DNA of 64,000 bases from Candidatus Latescibacterota bacterium (GTDB lineage: Bacteria > Latescibacterota > UBA2968 > UBA8231): positions 3,392,001-3,456,000 of the forward strand of contig OZ252098.1 in NCBI GenBank assembly GCA_965248355.1. Direction: 5' to 3'. The first letter of the stretch is position 1. Every line of letters starts with the position of its first letter. Below are positions 29,668-38,468 of the stretch, one piece after another. The notes beneath the pieces were generated by a model. That model saw only the letters and a list, made by a program, of their open reading frames with translations. It did no database searches and was not told the DNA's origin. The translations under genes were made by a program, and so were the position numbers.

Positions 29668-30858
29668 CTACCTGTGGGCGTGGTGGGAGGCCTCGGGGGC
29701 TCGGTACTCGACGTCGAGGTGGGGCGTCTCCAGGCGGCGGTGCCCCGCGTTCCGGGAGCGCAGGCAGCTCTCCAGGATCCCGCAGACGATGAGGGTCCGT
29801 TCCGCCGGGAAGGGGGCCGCCCCGGTGGCCAGCATCTCGTCGATCTTGGCCACCAGGCAGGCCGAGTAGGTGACGTTCGGCGTCGGCGTCAGCAGGAACT
29901 GGCACGACACCGGATCGGCCTCGCCCGCCAGCCGGGCGGCGAAGCAGTAGTCGCGCACGGCGCCGTTGATCATCAGCAGCGCCGCCCGCAGGCCGTCGCG
30001 GAACTCGACCAGGTAGGCCGCGGGCGCATCGACAAGCCGTTCGATCTCGCCCGAGCCGAGCAGGTCCTGGGTGCGGCCATCCTCCAGCGTCGCCCCCAGG
30101 GGGCTGTCCGAGCGCGACAGGGCCGCCTCCAGCAGCCGCATCGACCAGCGGCCTTCCCGGCCCGCCTCCCAGACCTCCTCCCCCTCGATGAGCTGCACCG
30201 CGGCGACGCCGGTCTCGCCCCCGCGGCGGCGCTCGATCATGCACTGCATCGCCTCCAGGGCGTGGTAGTCCATGGCGTCGGAGCCGCCCACGCCGATCAT
30301 CAGGGCCTCCTCGACGCCGGCCCCGTGGGGGATCTCCAAGTCCGGCAGCCTCCAGGTGACCGGCAGCGACGACCCGGCCAGGATGGGGAAGCCGAGGCGG
30401 CGTCCGTCCTCGACCATCTCCCGGGCGTAGTCGAAGCTGTAGGAGAGGTGCTTGTCGTTGTAGACCGGCACGGCGCGGCCATCGGCCTCGAAGACGGCCA
30501 CGCACTCCTTGAACAGCTCGTACCTCGGGTAGAGCTTCTGCCCCAGCTCGTTGTCCGGGTACTCGCCGTGCTCGCCGATGATCAGGACGCCGTCCACGGC
30601 CAACTCGCCGCCGCCGCAGCGCAGGGCCTCGGCCACCGTGGGATACACCTGGAACCCGAACTCCCGGGCCCGGTCGACGCCCTGATCGCCTTCGGGGGAC
30701 TGGTCGACGTAGAGGGATACGATCCGCCCCGGGGAACGGCGCCATTCGCCCTCGTACGGATAGCCGACGAGAAAGCGGTCGGCGAAGTGCTGGGCGTGGG
30801 ACAGGTAGCGGTAGATGGTGGCCACCACCGCCAGCCTCATGTCGCGGTCGTCGGGCAT
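29668..30858 (-). CDS. Conserved hypothetical protein (Gfo/Idh/MocA-like oxidoreductase), paralog 1
   Basis: VDGVLIIGEHGEYP, YNDKHLS, AGSSLPVTWR; collinear with the adjacent paralog. Confidence 0.75.
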   Translation of the reverse strand: MPDDRDMRLAVVATIYRYLSHAQHFADRFLVGYPYEGEWRRSPGRIVSLYVDQSPEGDQGVDRAREFGFQVYPTVAEALRCGGGELAVDGVLIIGEHGEYPDNELGQKLYPRYELFKECVAVFEADGRAVPVYNDKHLSYSFDYAREMVEDGRRLGFPILAGSSLPVTWRLPDLEIPHGAGVEEALMIGVGGSDAMDYHALEAMQCMIERRRGGETGVAAVQLIEGEEVWEAGREGRWSMRLLEAALSRSDSPLGATLEDGRTQDLLGSGEIERLVDAPAAYLVEFRDGLRAALLMINGAVRDYCFAARLAGEADPVSCQFLLTPTPNVTYSACLVAKIDEMLATGAAPFPAERTLIVCGILESCLRSRNAGHRRLETPHLDVEYRAPEASHHAHR

Positions 30859-30866
30859 CTCCGTCC

Positions 30867-32069
30867 TCACGTGCGCCAGAAGGTGGATTCGGGGTTCGGC
30901 TGGTAGGTGACCTCGGCCAGGTGCGGCGTCTCGAGGCGCGCCTGGTCCTGGTGGAGGCTGTCCACGCCCGCGGCCGTCAGGCCCGTGGTCATCAGGGTGC
31001 GCTCCACCGGGTAGGAGGCCCGCCCGGTGAGGAACATGCGCTCCACGTTGTTGACTTGGGGGCTGAAGAAGTTGGCCAGCGAGGTGCGGGCCGGCGGCAT
31101 GGGCAGGTACATCTGGGTCGACAGGGGCTCCTCCTCCCCGGCCAGTCGCGCGGCGAAGTTGAAGTCCTGCACGAGGCCGCCCATGAGCAGCATGGCGCTG
31201 CGCAGGCCGTCGGCGTGCTCGTAGACATAGGCCACGGGGCTCTCGCAGAGCCGCTTCAGCTCGTCGATGTTGGGCCGCGCGTCGTTGAATCCCGGACGGG
31301 GCTGGGTGCGGGTGTGACTGCGGCTCAGGGCCGACTCGAACAGCTCCCGGGACCACACCCCGTCGTGATGGGCCTCCCAGAACCGCTCGTCGCGGTACGC
31401 CTGCAGCCCGACGACACCGTGCTCGCCCCCCTCCCGGCGCTCGACCATGCACTGCAGCGTCTCCAAGCCGTGGAAGTCGTAGCTGTCGACGCCGCCGTAG
31501 CAGACGCAGACCGCCTCCTCCACCCCTGCGCCGAGGGGCATCTCCAGAGAGGGCGTGCGCCAGGTGACGGGCAGCGACGAGCCGGCCATGAAGGCGAAGC
31601 CGAGCTCCACGGACTGGTCGTACATCTGGCGGGCCCAGTCCCAGTTCCAGGACAGGTGCTTGTCGTTGAAGACCGGCGCCGACTGGCCGGTGGTGCGGTA
31701 CACGGAGACGATCTGCTGGAAGAACTCGTAGCGGGGGTAGAGATGCTGGCCCTTCTCGTTGCGGTCGTACTGGCCGTGCTCCCCGACCAGCAGCACGCCG
31801 TCCACGGCCAGCTCCGACCCGCCCAGGGTGAGGGCGTCGGCGATGGTGGGCACCCCCCGCACCTCGGGGAACCGGGCGAGGCGGTCCGGCGTGAGGTCGC
31901 CCTCCGGGTGCTGGTCGACGTAGAGGGAGACCAGGTCCATCGGCGGGCGGTGGTGGCGCCCGTTCCAGCCGTAGCCCTCGAGGAAGCGGTCGACGATGTG
32001 CTGGCCGTGGGAGAACTTGCGGTACTCCGTGACCACGGCGGCGATCTTCGGTCTGCGGTCGGCGCTCAA
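30867..32069 (-). CDS. Conserved hypothetical protein (Gfo/Idh/MocA-like oxidoreductase), paralog 2
   Basis: VDGVLLVGEHGQY, FNDKHLS, AGSSLPVTWR. Confidence 0.75.
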   Translation of the reverse strand: MSADRRPKIAAVVTEYRKFSHGQHIVDRFLEGYGWNGRHHRPPMDLVSLYVDQHPEGDLTPDRLARFPEVRGVPTIADALTLGGSELAVDGVLLVGEHGQYDRNEKGQHLYPRYEFFQQIVSVYRTTGQSAPVFNDKHLSWNWDWARQMYDQSVELGFAFMAGSSLPVTWRTPSLEMPLGAGVEEAVCVCYGGVDSYDFHGLETLQCMVERREGGEHGVVGLQAYRDERFWEAHHDGVWSRELFESALSRSHTRTQPRPGFNDARPNIDELKRLCESPVAYVYEHADGLRSAMLLMGGLVQDFNFAARLAGEEEPLSTQMYLPMPPARTSLANFFSPQVNNVERMFLTGRASYPVERTLMTTGLTAAGVDSLHQDQARLETPHLAEVTYQPNPESTFWRT

Positions 32070-32193
32070 GGGCGGGTGCCTTCTGATGATCCGGCGCTGC
32101 GAGGGCGAGGGGCCTCAAGATAGAGCCGCGCCGCACCTCGCTCCAGGCTTGCGGGCCGGACGGGCCGTGGCCCCTGCTTTGGTCTGGCCCCGT

Positions 32194-33162
32194 CTACTGG
32201 AGGGCGGCCTTGATGCGCGCCCAGGAGGACGGCTCCACGGCGGAGCCCTCGTCCCCGTCGTAGACGGATGGATCCTCTCCGGCGCCGAGCAGCAGACCGT
32301 CGACGAAGAAATCGGCGTAGCGGAAGGATGGTTGCTCGGTCAGGGACAGACGGATCCCGCCCTCATATGGAGGCTGGGGATCGTCGTTGTCCCACATCGA
32401 GATCTCGAATCCGATGACCTTGCCCGGGTAGAGTTCCGAAGCCACGGAGGCCTCCTCGTCGTCGTAGATGAGGTCGTCGAAGGGGGTCACCCGGAGCTCG
32501 GTGACCGAGATCGCCGGGCCCTCGCCGAGAGCGCCGCCCCCGGCCGCGGCGTACGGCTCCCGGGCAACCCACTCGTTGGCGACGCCCAGAAAGTGCAGAT
32601 GCTCGCCGTCGGGCGCCTCGCCGATCGCAAGCCAGGTCTGCGCCTGACGTTGGTTCTCCAGGAGTTCCTCGCGCGGGCAGTCCCGGCACCACGCCCAGTT
32701 CACGTAGCGGTATCGCCCACCGGAGTGGTCGCCGTCGAGAACCAGGATGATGACGGAATCCCAGAATTCCAGGTTCATGGCATCCCCGCCGAGGACGTTG
32801 ACGTAGAGGTCATCCACCCCCTCGAAGCGGTTGACGTAGAGGTCATCGACGCGCTCCATGGCAGCCCAGATGGTACCGCTGCCCTGGTGCCAGGCGAGCC
32901 AGATGCGGAAGTCCAGGTTTGATGGATCATATTCCGCTGGCTCGCTTTGAGTCCCCCAGACGAAGTCGACGGCGGTGAGCGAGGGCTCCCCGACGACCTC
33001 GTACCAATCCTCGACGCTCCCGTCGGTCAGGTCGATGCGGTCCAGATCCTCGTCGAGGAGCTCGTAGAAGGGGTAGATCTCGTCGCCGATGTGGGCGTGG
33101 CCACGGCCGGCCGGGATCAAGACAAGGAGAAACACCGCCTGAACAATCCACGGTCGCATCAT
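32194..33162 (-). CDS. Secreted acidic protein (DOMON/CBM9-like) with C-terminal SAVEPSSWARIK motif
   Basis: Signal peptide, DGSVEDW, IGFEISMWDND; RBS GGAGGAG. Confidence 0.7.
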   Translation of the reverse strand: MMRPWIVQAVFLLVLIPAGRGHAHIGDEIYPFYELLDEDLDRIDLTDGSVEDWYEVVGEPSLTAVDFVWGTQSEPAEYDPSNLDFRIWLAWHQGSGTIWAAMERVDDLYVNRFEGVDDLYVNVLGGDAMNLEFWDSVIILVLDGDHSGGRYRYVNWAWCRDCPREELLENQRQAQTWLAIGEAPDGEHLHFLGVANEWVAREPYAAAGGGALGEGPAISVTELRVTPFDDLIYDDEEASVASELYPGKVIGFEISMWDNDDPQPPYEGGIRLSLTEQPSFRYADFFVDGLLLGAGEDPSVYDGDEGSAVEPSSWARIKAALQ

Positions 33163-33428
33163 GCTCCTCCTTTTCGCGGCACGAACAGGACTACCTCCGG
33201 ATGGAGGCAGGTCAGCGGAGGGAGTACTGCCCCCCTGCGGCCAGGTCGGGTCGATGGCAGATACTGAGGGATCGACAGACCTGCAACGAGAATCGGCGGG
33301 GGCCAGCCTCCCGCCGCCCGGCATCGGGACAGCAGAGGCATCGGCGCATGACACTCCATAGCTTCGAGCGGGGAGAGGCGAGTCCAAGACTCGCCTCCGG
33401 CCCATCACCTGACCAGGAGGTTGCCCGC

Positions 33429-34475
33429 ATGAAACAGGTCTTTCCCGACATGTACTGCTGGTCCGTCTTCAACGAGGACCGGCAGATCGACTTCAACGGC
33501 CATCTGTGGGTGCGGGAGGAGGGGAACGTCCTCTTCGATCCGGTACCGATGATCGAGTCCGACCTGGCTCAGCTCGACCGGCTGGGAGGGGCCGCCTGGA
33601 TCGTGGTGACCAACCGCGACCACGAGCGCGAGGCCGGCGCCTTCCGGGAGCGCACCGGCGCCCGGGTGATCGCCCACGAGGCCGACGCCGACACCCTGAC
33701 CGCGAGCGTCGACCGCGCCGTCCGGGAGGGGGAGATCCTCCCCGGGCTGGAGGCCGTCCACCTGGAGCACGGCAAGAGCCAGGGCGAGATCGCCGTGTAC
33801 TGGCCGGAGCGGGAGACGATCCTGGCCGGCGACCTGGTCGTCGGCGCCCCCGTGGGACGGCTGAGCCTGCTGGGCGACGAGAAGCTCGACGACGCGCCGG
33901 CGGCCGCCCGGGAGTGCCGCAAGCTCCTGGCCCTCCCCTTCGACGCCATGCTGGTCGGCGACGGGCACTCCCTCGTCACCGGGGCCCGCGAGCAGCTGCT
34001 CCGCTGCCTGGAGGCCCGCACCGACATCCACGTCAACCACATCCACGCCGACGAGGTGCCGTGGGTACCGTACTTCGACCGGGAGGGCTACCGCTGGGAC
34101 AGCAAGGACCTGGACGCGCTCGTGGGGGCCCGCCGGCTGGGATACCAGATGATTCGCCTGCCGCCGGGCCAGTCGACCTACCCCTATCACCTGCACCACT
34201 TCGGCGAGGAGCTGTTCGTCGTCCTGCAGGGCGAGTGCACCCTGCGCTCGGACCGGGGATCCTGGACCGTGCGCGCGGGATCCTACATCGCCTGCCCACC
34301 CGGACCCAGCGGCACCCACAAGTTCACCAACGAGAGCTCGGGCGACTGCGTGCTGCTGGCCGTGGGAGAACAGCTGGCGCACGACGTGTGCGAGTACCCC
34401 GACTCGGACAAGGTGGGGCTGCGCGCCGGGAGATTCCGCAAGGGGGATGCGGTAGCGTACTGGGACGGGGAGTGA
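33429..34475 (+). CDS. Metallo-beta-lactamase-fold plus cupin fusion protein
   Basis: TNRDH, GDLVVG, VGDG; cupin YHLHHFGEELF, GTHKFTN, EYPDSDK. Confidence 0.8.
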   Translation: MKQVFPDMYCWSVFNEDRQIDFNGHLWVREEGNVLFDPVPMIESDLAQLDRLGGAAWIVVTNRDHEREAGAFRERTGARVIAHEADADTLTASVDRAVREGEILPGLEAVHLEHGKSQGEIAVYWPERETILAGDLVVGAPVGRLSLLGDEKLDDAPAAARECRKLLALPFDAMLVGDGHSLVTGAREQLLRCLEARTDIHVNHIHADEVPWVPYFDREGYRWDSKDLDALVGARRLGYQMIRLPPGQSTYPYHLHHFGEELFVVLQGECTLRSDRGSWTVRAGSYIACPPGPSGTHKFTNESSGDCVLLAVGEQLAHDVCEYPDSDKVGLRAGRFRKGDAVAYWDGE

Positions 34476-34551
34476 GCCGGAGAGCTGCTTGCCGGCGGCC
34501 CCGGCCGGCGGTACCCTAACGCGCCCCCCGGCTCCCCGTCAGGAAGAGACC

Positions 34552-36819
34552 ATGAACAGCATCCAGGCCGCCGTTGCGGGCCAGGCTCGCCGCAACAGGA
34601 AGCTCCTGTCCGGCGCCCGCTACCTCGGCGAGAGCATCTACTCCACCGTCCTGCCCCTGAGAGTCGACCTCGACTCGGCCTCCGGGCTGACCGCCGAGCA
34701 GAGCGGGGCCCTGGAGGGGCTGCAGATCGAGGCGGCGCGCACCGCCATCCGGTCGCTGGCCTCGCTGGCCGCCATCGGCGAGCTGGACCACCTCGGCGGC
34801 GGCCTCGAGCTGATCCCCGCCCTCACCCTCACCCTCGCCGTCACCGACTACGAGCGCGTCGAGTACACCATCGAGCACGCCCACGCGAGCGTCGGCTACT
34901 ACGGGACCCTGGCCGCCTGCGGGTTCATCGACGAGGACGCCGTGGTCGACGACTTCCGCCGCGGCCTCGACCTGCCCGGCCACGTCTCCTGGCTCCCCGG
35001 CGGCACCCAGCTCAACGGCGGCCGTCTGGGCGTCATGATTCCCGCCGCCGTCGGCATGGCCCTGGGCAAGCGGGCCCGCCGGGATGACGGCGCCTGGGTC
35101 GTGGTGCACTGCGGCGACGCCGGCTGGGTCTCGGGACAGGCCCTCAACGGCTTCAACGGCGCCGACGTGGGGCGGGCGCCGATCACCTTCGTCATGCACC
35201 GCAACGGCATCCAGCTCTCCGGCGCGACCCGGTCGATCATGGACAAGGACCCGCGGCCGATCATCGAGTCCCTCGGCGTGCGCATCCTCGAGATCCCCAC
35301 CCTCCACGACTCGGCCGCCCTCTTCGAGGCCTACCGCGAGGGCTGGCGCCTGGCCCGGGAGGGCACGCCGAACCTGATCTACCCCACCGGCTACCGGTCC
35401 CACGAGGACCACGGCATCGTCGACCTGCGCTGGTTCGGCGAGCGCTACGGCGTCACCGAGCGGGTCGCGGCCATGGCCGCGGCCAACGGCGTCTCCATGA
35501 GGCGGCCCGTGTGGGTCCCCGGATCGTTGATGAGCTTCCGCGACGACGGCCCCATGGTGGAGTGCCTCTTCCTGGTCAACGACCTGCCCGGCGGCGAGGG
35601 CCATCACGACGGCCACATGAAGGACCGCGGCGAGGCCGAGGTCCTGGCCGGACCGATGTTCCAGCCCACAGAGGCACAGCGCGCCGCTATCGATGGCCTG
35701 CGCAAGGCCGCCCCCCGCGAGGTCGTCACCCGCGCCCGGCCGGCGCCCGGAAGCCCCAACCTGGTGCTCACCGCCGATCAGCGGTCGGCCGCCGATCTGC
35801 CGGGAGCGGGGGAGCAGGCGAGCGCGCGCAACGGCTCCGAGGCCGGGTACGCCGCCGTGGCCGCGGCCCACCCGGAGGCGATGTTCGTGGTCAGTTGCGA
35901 CCTCGACGCCTCGACCAAGCTCGGCAAGGCCCGAGCCCTGCTGGCGCCGGACCACGCCTTCGAGATGAGCATCGAGGAGCAGGCCGCCTGCCTCATCGCC
36001 GACGGGCTGGCCGTCAGCTCCCGCAGCCCCCAGCTGAACGTGGTCTCCACCTTCGCCGCCTTCTTCGAGGGGATCGCCCGCGAGGGCTTCGACATGTGGC
36101 GCTACCAGCGCAACCTCACCGGCGTCAACGAGGGGCTCAACGTCACCTTCCACCTCTCCCACGTGGGCGCCTGCACCGGCCGCGACCACTTCTCCGGCTG
36201 GGGCCTGGACTGGATCAACGTGGGGCTCACCTACCTGCCCTACCTGCACCGGTTCTACGCGCCCGCCGACGCGCGCTCCGCCTTCCTGGCCGTGGTCGAT
36301 CTGGCCGCCCACTACGGCGGTCACGTCATCGGCATCCCCCGGGACAACCTGCCGGTCCTGGAGAAGCAGGACGGCTCCGGGCCGCTGTGGGAACCGGCGG
36401 ACCCGTGGGAGCCGGTCACCGCCTACCGCCGCAACGAGGGCGCCGAGCGGGCCATCCTCGCCTTCGGGGCGCCAGCCTTCCTGGCCGGTGACGCGGCGGG
36501 GACGCTGGGCCGCCAGGGCCGGCCCACGGACGTGCACATCGTCAACGGCCTGCCCCTGACCGAGCGCGAGCTGGAGCGGCTGCTGGCCCCCTACCCGGGC
36601 GGGGTCGTCACCGTGGAGGACGGCTTCATCGGCACGCCGCAGACCGGCGTGCGGGGGTTCGCGGGGCTGGTGGCCGCCAAGGCCGCCGAGGCGGGTATGC
36701 CCGTGGCCCACGTCGGGATCACCGATCCGACGACGGCGCCCTCCGACGGACACATGGAGACCTGGAGGCACTTCGGCATCACCTGGCGAGCCCTGGTCGC
36801 GGCGGTCCGACGGCTGTAA
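34552..36819 (+). CDS. Transketolase-like TPP enzyme, divergent
   Basis: DHLGG, PGHVS, GDAG...HRNGIQL, DLDAST, MSIEEQ, STFAAF. Confidence 0.75.
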   Translation: MNSIQAAVAGQARRNRKLLSGARYLGESIYSTVLPLRVDLDSASGLTAEQSGALEGLQIEAARTAIRSLASLAAIGELDHLGGGLELIPALTLTLAVTDYERVEYTIEHAHASVGYYGTLAACGFIDEDAVVDDFRRGLDLPGHVSWLPGGTQLNGGRLGVMIPAAVGMALGKRARRDDGAWVVVHCGDAGWVSGQALNGFNGADVGRAPITFVMHRNGIQLSGATRSIMDKDPRPIIESLGVRILEIPTLHDSAALFEAYREGWRLAREGTPNLIYPTGYRSHEDHGIVDLRWFGERYGVTERVAAMAAANGVSMRRPVWVPGSLMSFRDDGPMVECLFLVNDLPGGEGHHDGHMKDRGEAEVLAGPMFQPTEAQRAAIDGLRKAAPREVVTRARPAPGSPNLVLTADQRSAADLPGAGEQASARNGSEAGYAAVAAAHPEAMFVVSCDLDASTKLGKARALLAPDHAFEMSIEEQAACLIADGLAVSSRSPQLNVVSTFAAFFEGIAREGFDMWRYQRNLTGVNEGLNVTFHLSHVGACTGRDHFSGWGLDWINVGLTYLPYLHRFYAPADARSAFLAVVDLAAHYGGHVIGIPRDNLPVLEKQDGSGPLWEPADPWEPVTAYRRNEGAERAILAFGAPAFLAGDAAGTLGRQGRPTDVHIVNGLPLTERELERLLAPYPGGVVTVEDGFIGTPQTGVRGFAGLVAAKAAEAGMPVAHVGITDPTTAPSDGHMETWRHFGITWRALVAAVRRL

Positions 36820-36845
36820 TCGCAACCGACAAGGAAAGGGAGACG

Positions 36846-37508
36846 ATGAGGATGAGACGGATCGCGACGATCGCCGCGGGCGCAGCGCTGGCGGGGATGG
36901 CCGCCTGCGGAACCTCGGAGGAGGGAGGCACAATGGGAGGCGACATGGGAGCGCTGATGGACCCGGCGGGCGCTGAGATGACTCAGGAGGCCCCGGCCAC
37001 CTTCAAGGCGCGGTTCGAGACCACCAAGGGGTCTTTCGTGGTCGAGGTGGAGCGCCGCTTGGCGCCGAACGGCGCCGACCGGTTCTTCAACCTCGTACGC
37101 CACGGTTACTACAACGGCAACAAGCTGTTCCGCGTCATCCCCGGGTTCGTGGTGCAGTGGGGGATGAGCGGCGACCCGGCCCTCAACAAGGTGTGGCACA
37201 TGGCCCGGATCCCCGACGACCCGGTGATGACCAGCAACGAGCCCGGCACCATCACCTTCGCCATGGCGGGGCCGAACACGCGCACGACTCAGCTCTTCAT
37301 CAACTACAAGAACAACGCCGGCCTCGACGGCCAGGGCTTCTCCCCCTTCGGCCGGGTCGTCGAGGGCATGGAGGTGGTGGAGTCCTTCAACGCCGAGTAC
37401 GGCGGCACGCCGGCCGCCAACCAGCAGAACATCGGTGCGAAGGGCGACGCCTTTCTCGAGAAGAACTTCCCCAATCTCGACGCCATCCTGACCGCCACGA
37501 TCGAGTAG
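36846..37508 (+). CDS. Cyclophilin-type peptidyl-prolyl isomerase, lipoprotein
   Basis: FRVIPGFVVQWG, TTQLFIN, FGRVVEGM. Confidence 0.92.
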   Translation: MRMRRIATIAAGAALAGMAACGTSEEGGTMGGDMGALMDPAGAEMTQEAPATFKARFETTKGSFVVEVERRLAPNGADRFFNLVRHGYYNGNKLFRVIPGFVVQWGMSGDPALNKVWHMARIPDDPVMTSNEPGTITFAMAGPNTRTTQLFINYKNNAGLDGQGFSPFGRVVEGMEVVESFNAEYGGTPAANQQNIGAKGDAFLEKNFPNLDAILTATIE

Positions 37509-37517
37509 CCGGGCTCG

Positions 37518-38432
37518 TTGGCCGGCTACCGCATCGACCACATCGGTCCCGGCGCCGCCTCCCTGGCGCTGCTGACCGCCGTGCTCTGGGGCGGCAACCA
37601 GGTGGCCATCGAGGCCGGCCTGGAGGGGCTGCCGCCCCTGGCCCTCGGCGCCGCCCGCTTCGCCATCGGCTGGGCGGTGGTCGCCGCCGCCGCCGCCGTA
37701 ACCCGGGAGCCGGTGGCCCTGGCTCCCGGCCAGCGGGTCCCCCTCCTCGGCCTTACCCTGCTCTTCGTCGCCCAGATCAGCTCCCTCAACATCGGCTCCG
37801 ACCACACCACCTCGAGCCGCGCCATCGTCGTCATCTCGGCCTATCCCTTCTTCACCGCCATCTTCTCCCACCTGCTGATCCCCGGAGACCGCCTCGCCCC
37901 CCGGATGGTGCTCGGCATGGTGCTCTCCTTCGGCGGCATCCTGTGGATGTTCGCCGAGAGTCTCTCCTGGCGCTCGACGGCCTATCTCCTCGGCGACGCC
38001 GTGGTCCTGCTCAGCGCCTCCCTCCTGGGCCTGCGGCAGGTGGTGATCAAGCGCCTCGTCTCCGGCCTGCATCCCTACAAGGTCCTGTTCTGGCAGGCCC
38101 TGCTGAGCGTGCCCGTCTTCGCGGGCTTGAGCCTTCTCTTCGAAGGCACGTCGGGGTACGCCTGGAACACGGGGGCGGTCCTGGGCGTGCTCTACCAGGG
38201 TATCGTGGTGGCCGGGGCCTGCTTCATCATCCTCGTCCACCTGCTGACCCGGCACAGCGCCGGCCGCCTCGGCGTCTACGGCTTCGTCACCCCCGCCGTC
38301 GGAGTGGCGCTGAGCATGTGGATCATGGACGAGGTGCCGACCCCGGCCGTGGCCGGCAGCATGGCCCTGGTGGCCGCCGGCATCGCCGTGTCGCAGACGG
38401 CGCCGCGGGCCCCCGAGCCGGGCCGGGCCTGA
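37518..38432 (+). CDS. DMT/EamA family transporter
   Basis: Ten TM segments in two repeats; LWGGN, GDAVVL. Confidence 0.88.
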   Translation: MAGYRIDHIGPGAASLALLTAVLWGGNQVAIEAGLEGLPPLALGAARFAIGWAVVAAAAAVTREPVALAPGQRVPLLGLTLLFVAQISSLNIGSDHTTSSRAIVVISAYPFFTAIFSHLLIPGDRLAPRMVLGMVLSFGGILWMFAESLSWRSTAYLLGDAVVLLSASLLGLRQVVIKRLVSGLHPYKVLFWQALLSVPVFAGLSLLFEGTSGYAWNTGAVLGVLYQGIVVAGACFIILVHLLTRHSAGRLGVYGFVTPAVGVALSMWIMDEVPTPAVAGSMALVAAGIAVSQTAPRAPEPGRA

Positions 38433-38468
38433 GCGGGCTCCCCCCCGTATATTTCCGTCCCTTCCCCC

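Noticed and set aside
29668..32136. 822-aa fusion ORF
   Set aside because: The upstream part is an off-frame shadow of 30867-32069; the real start is 30858.
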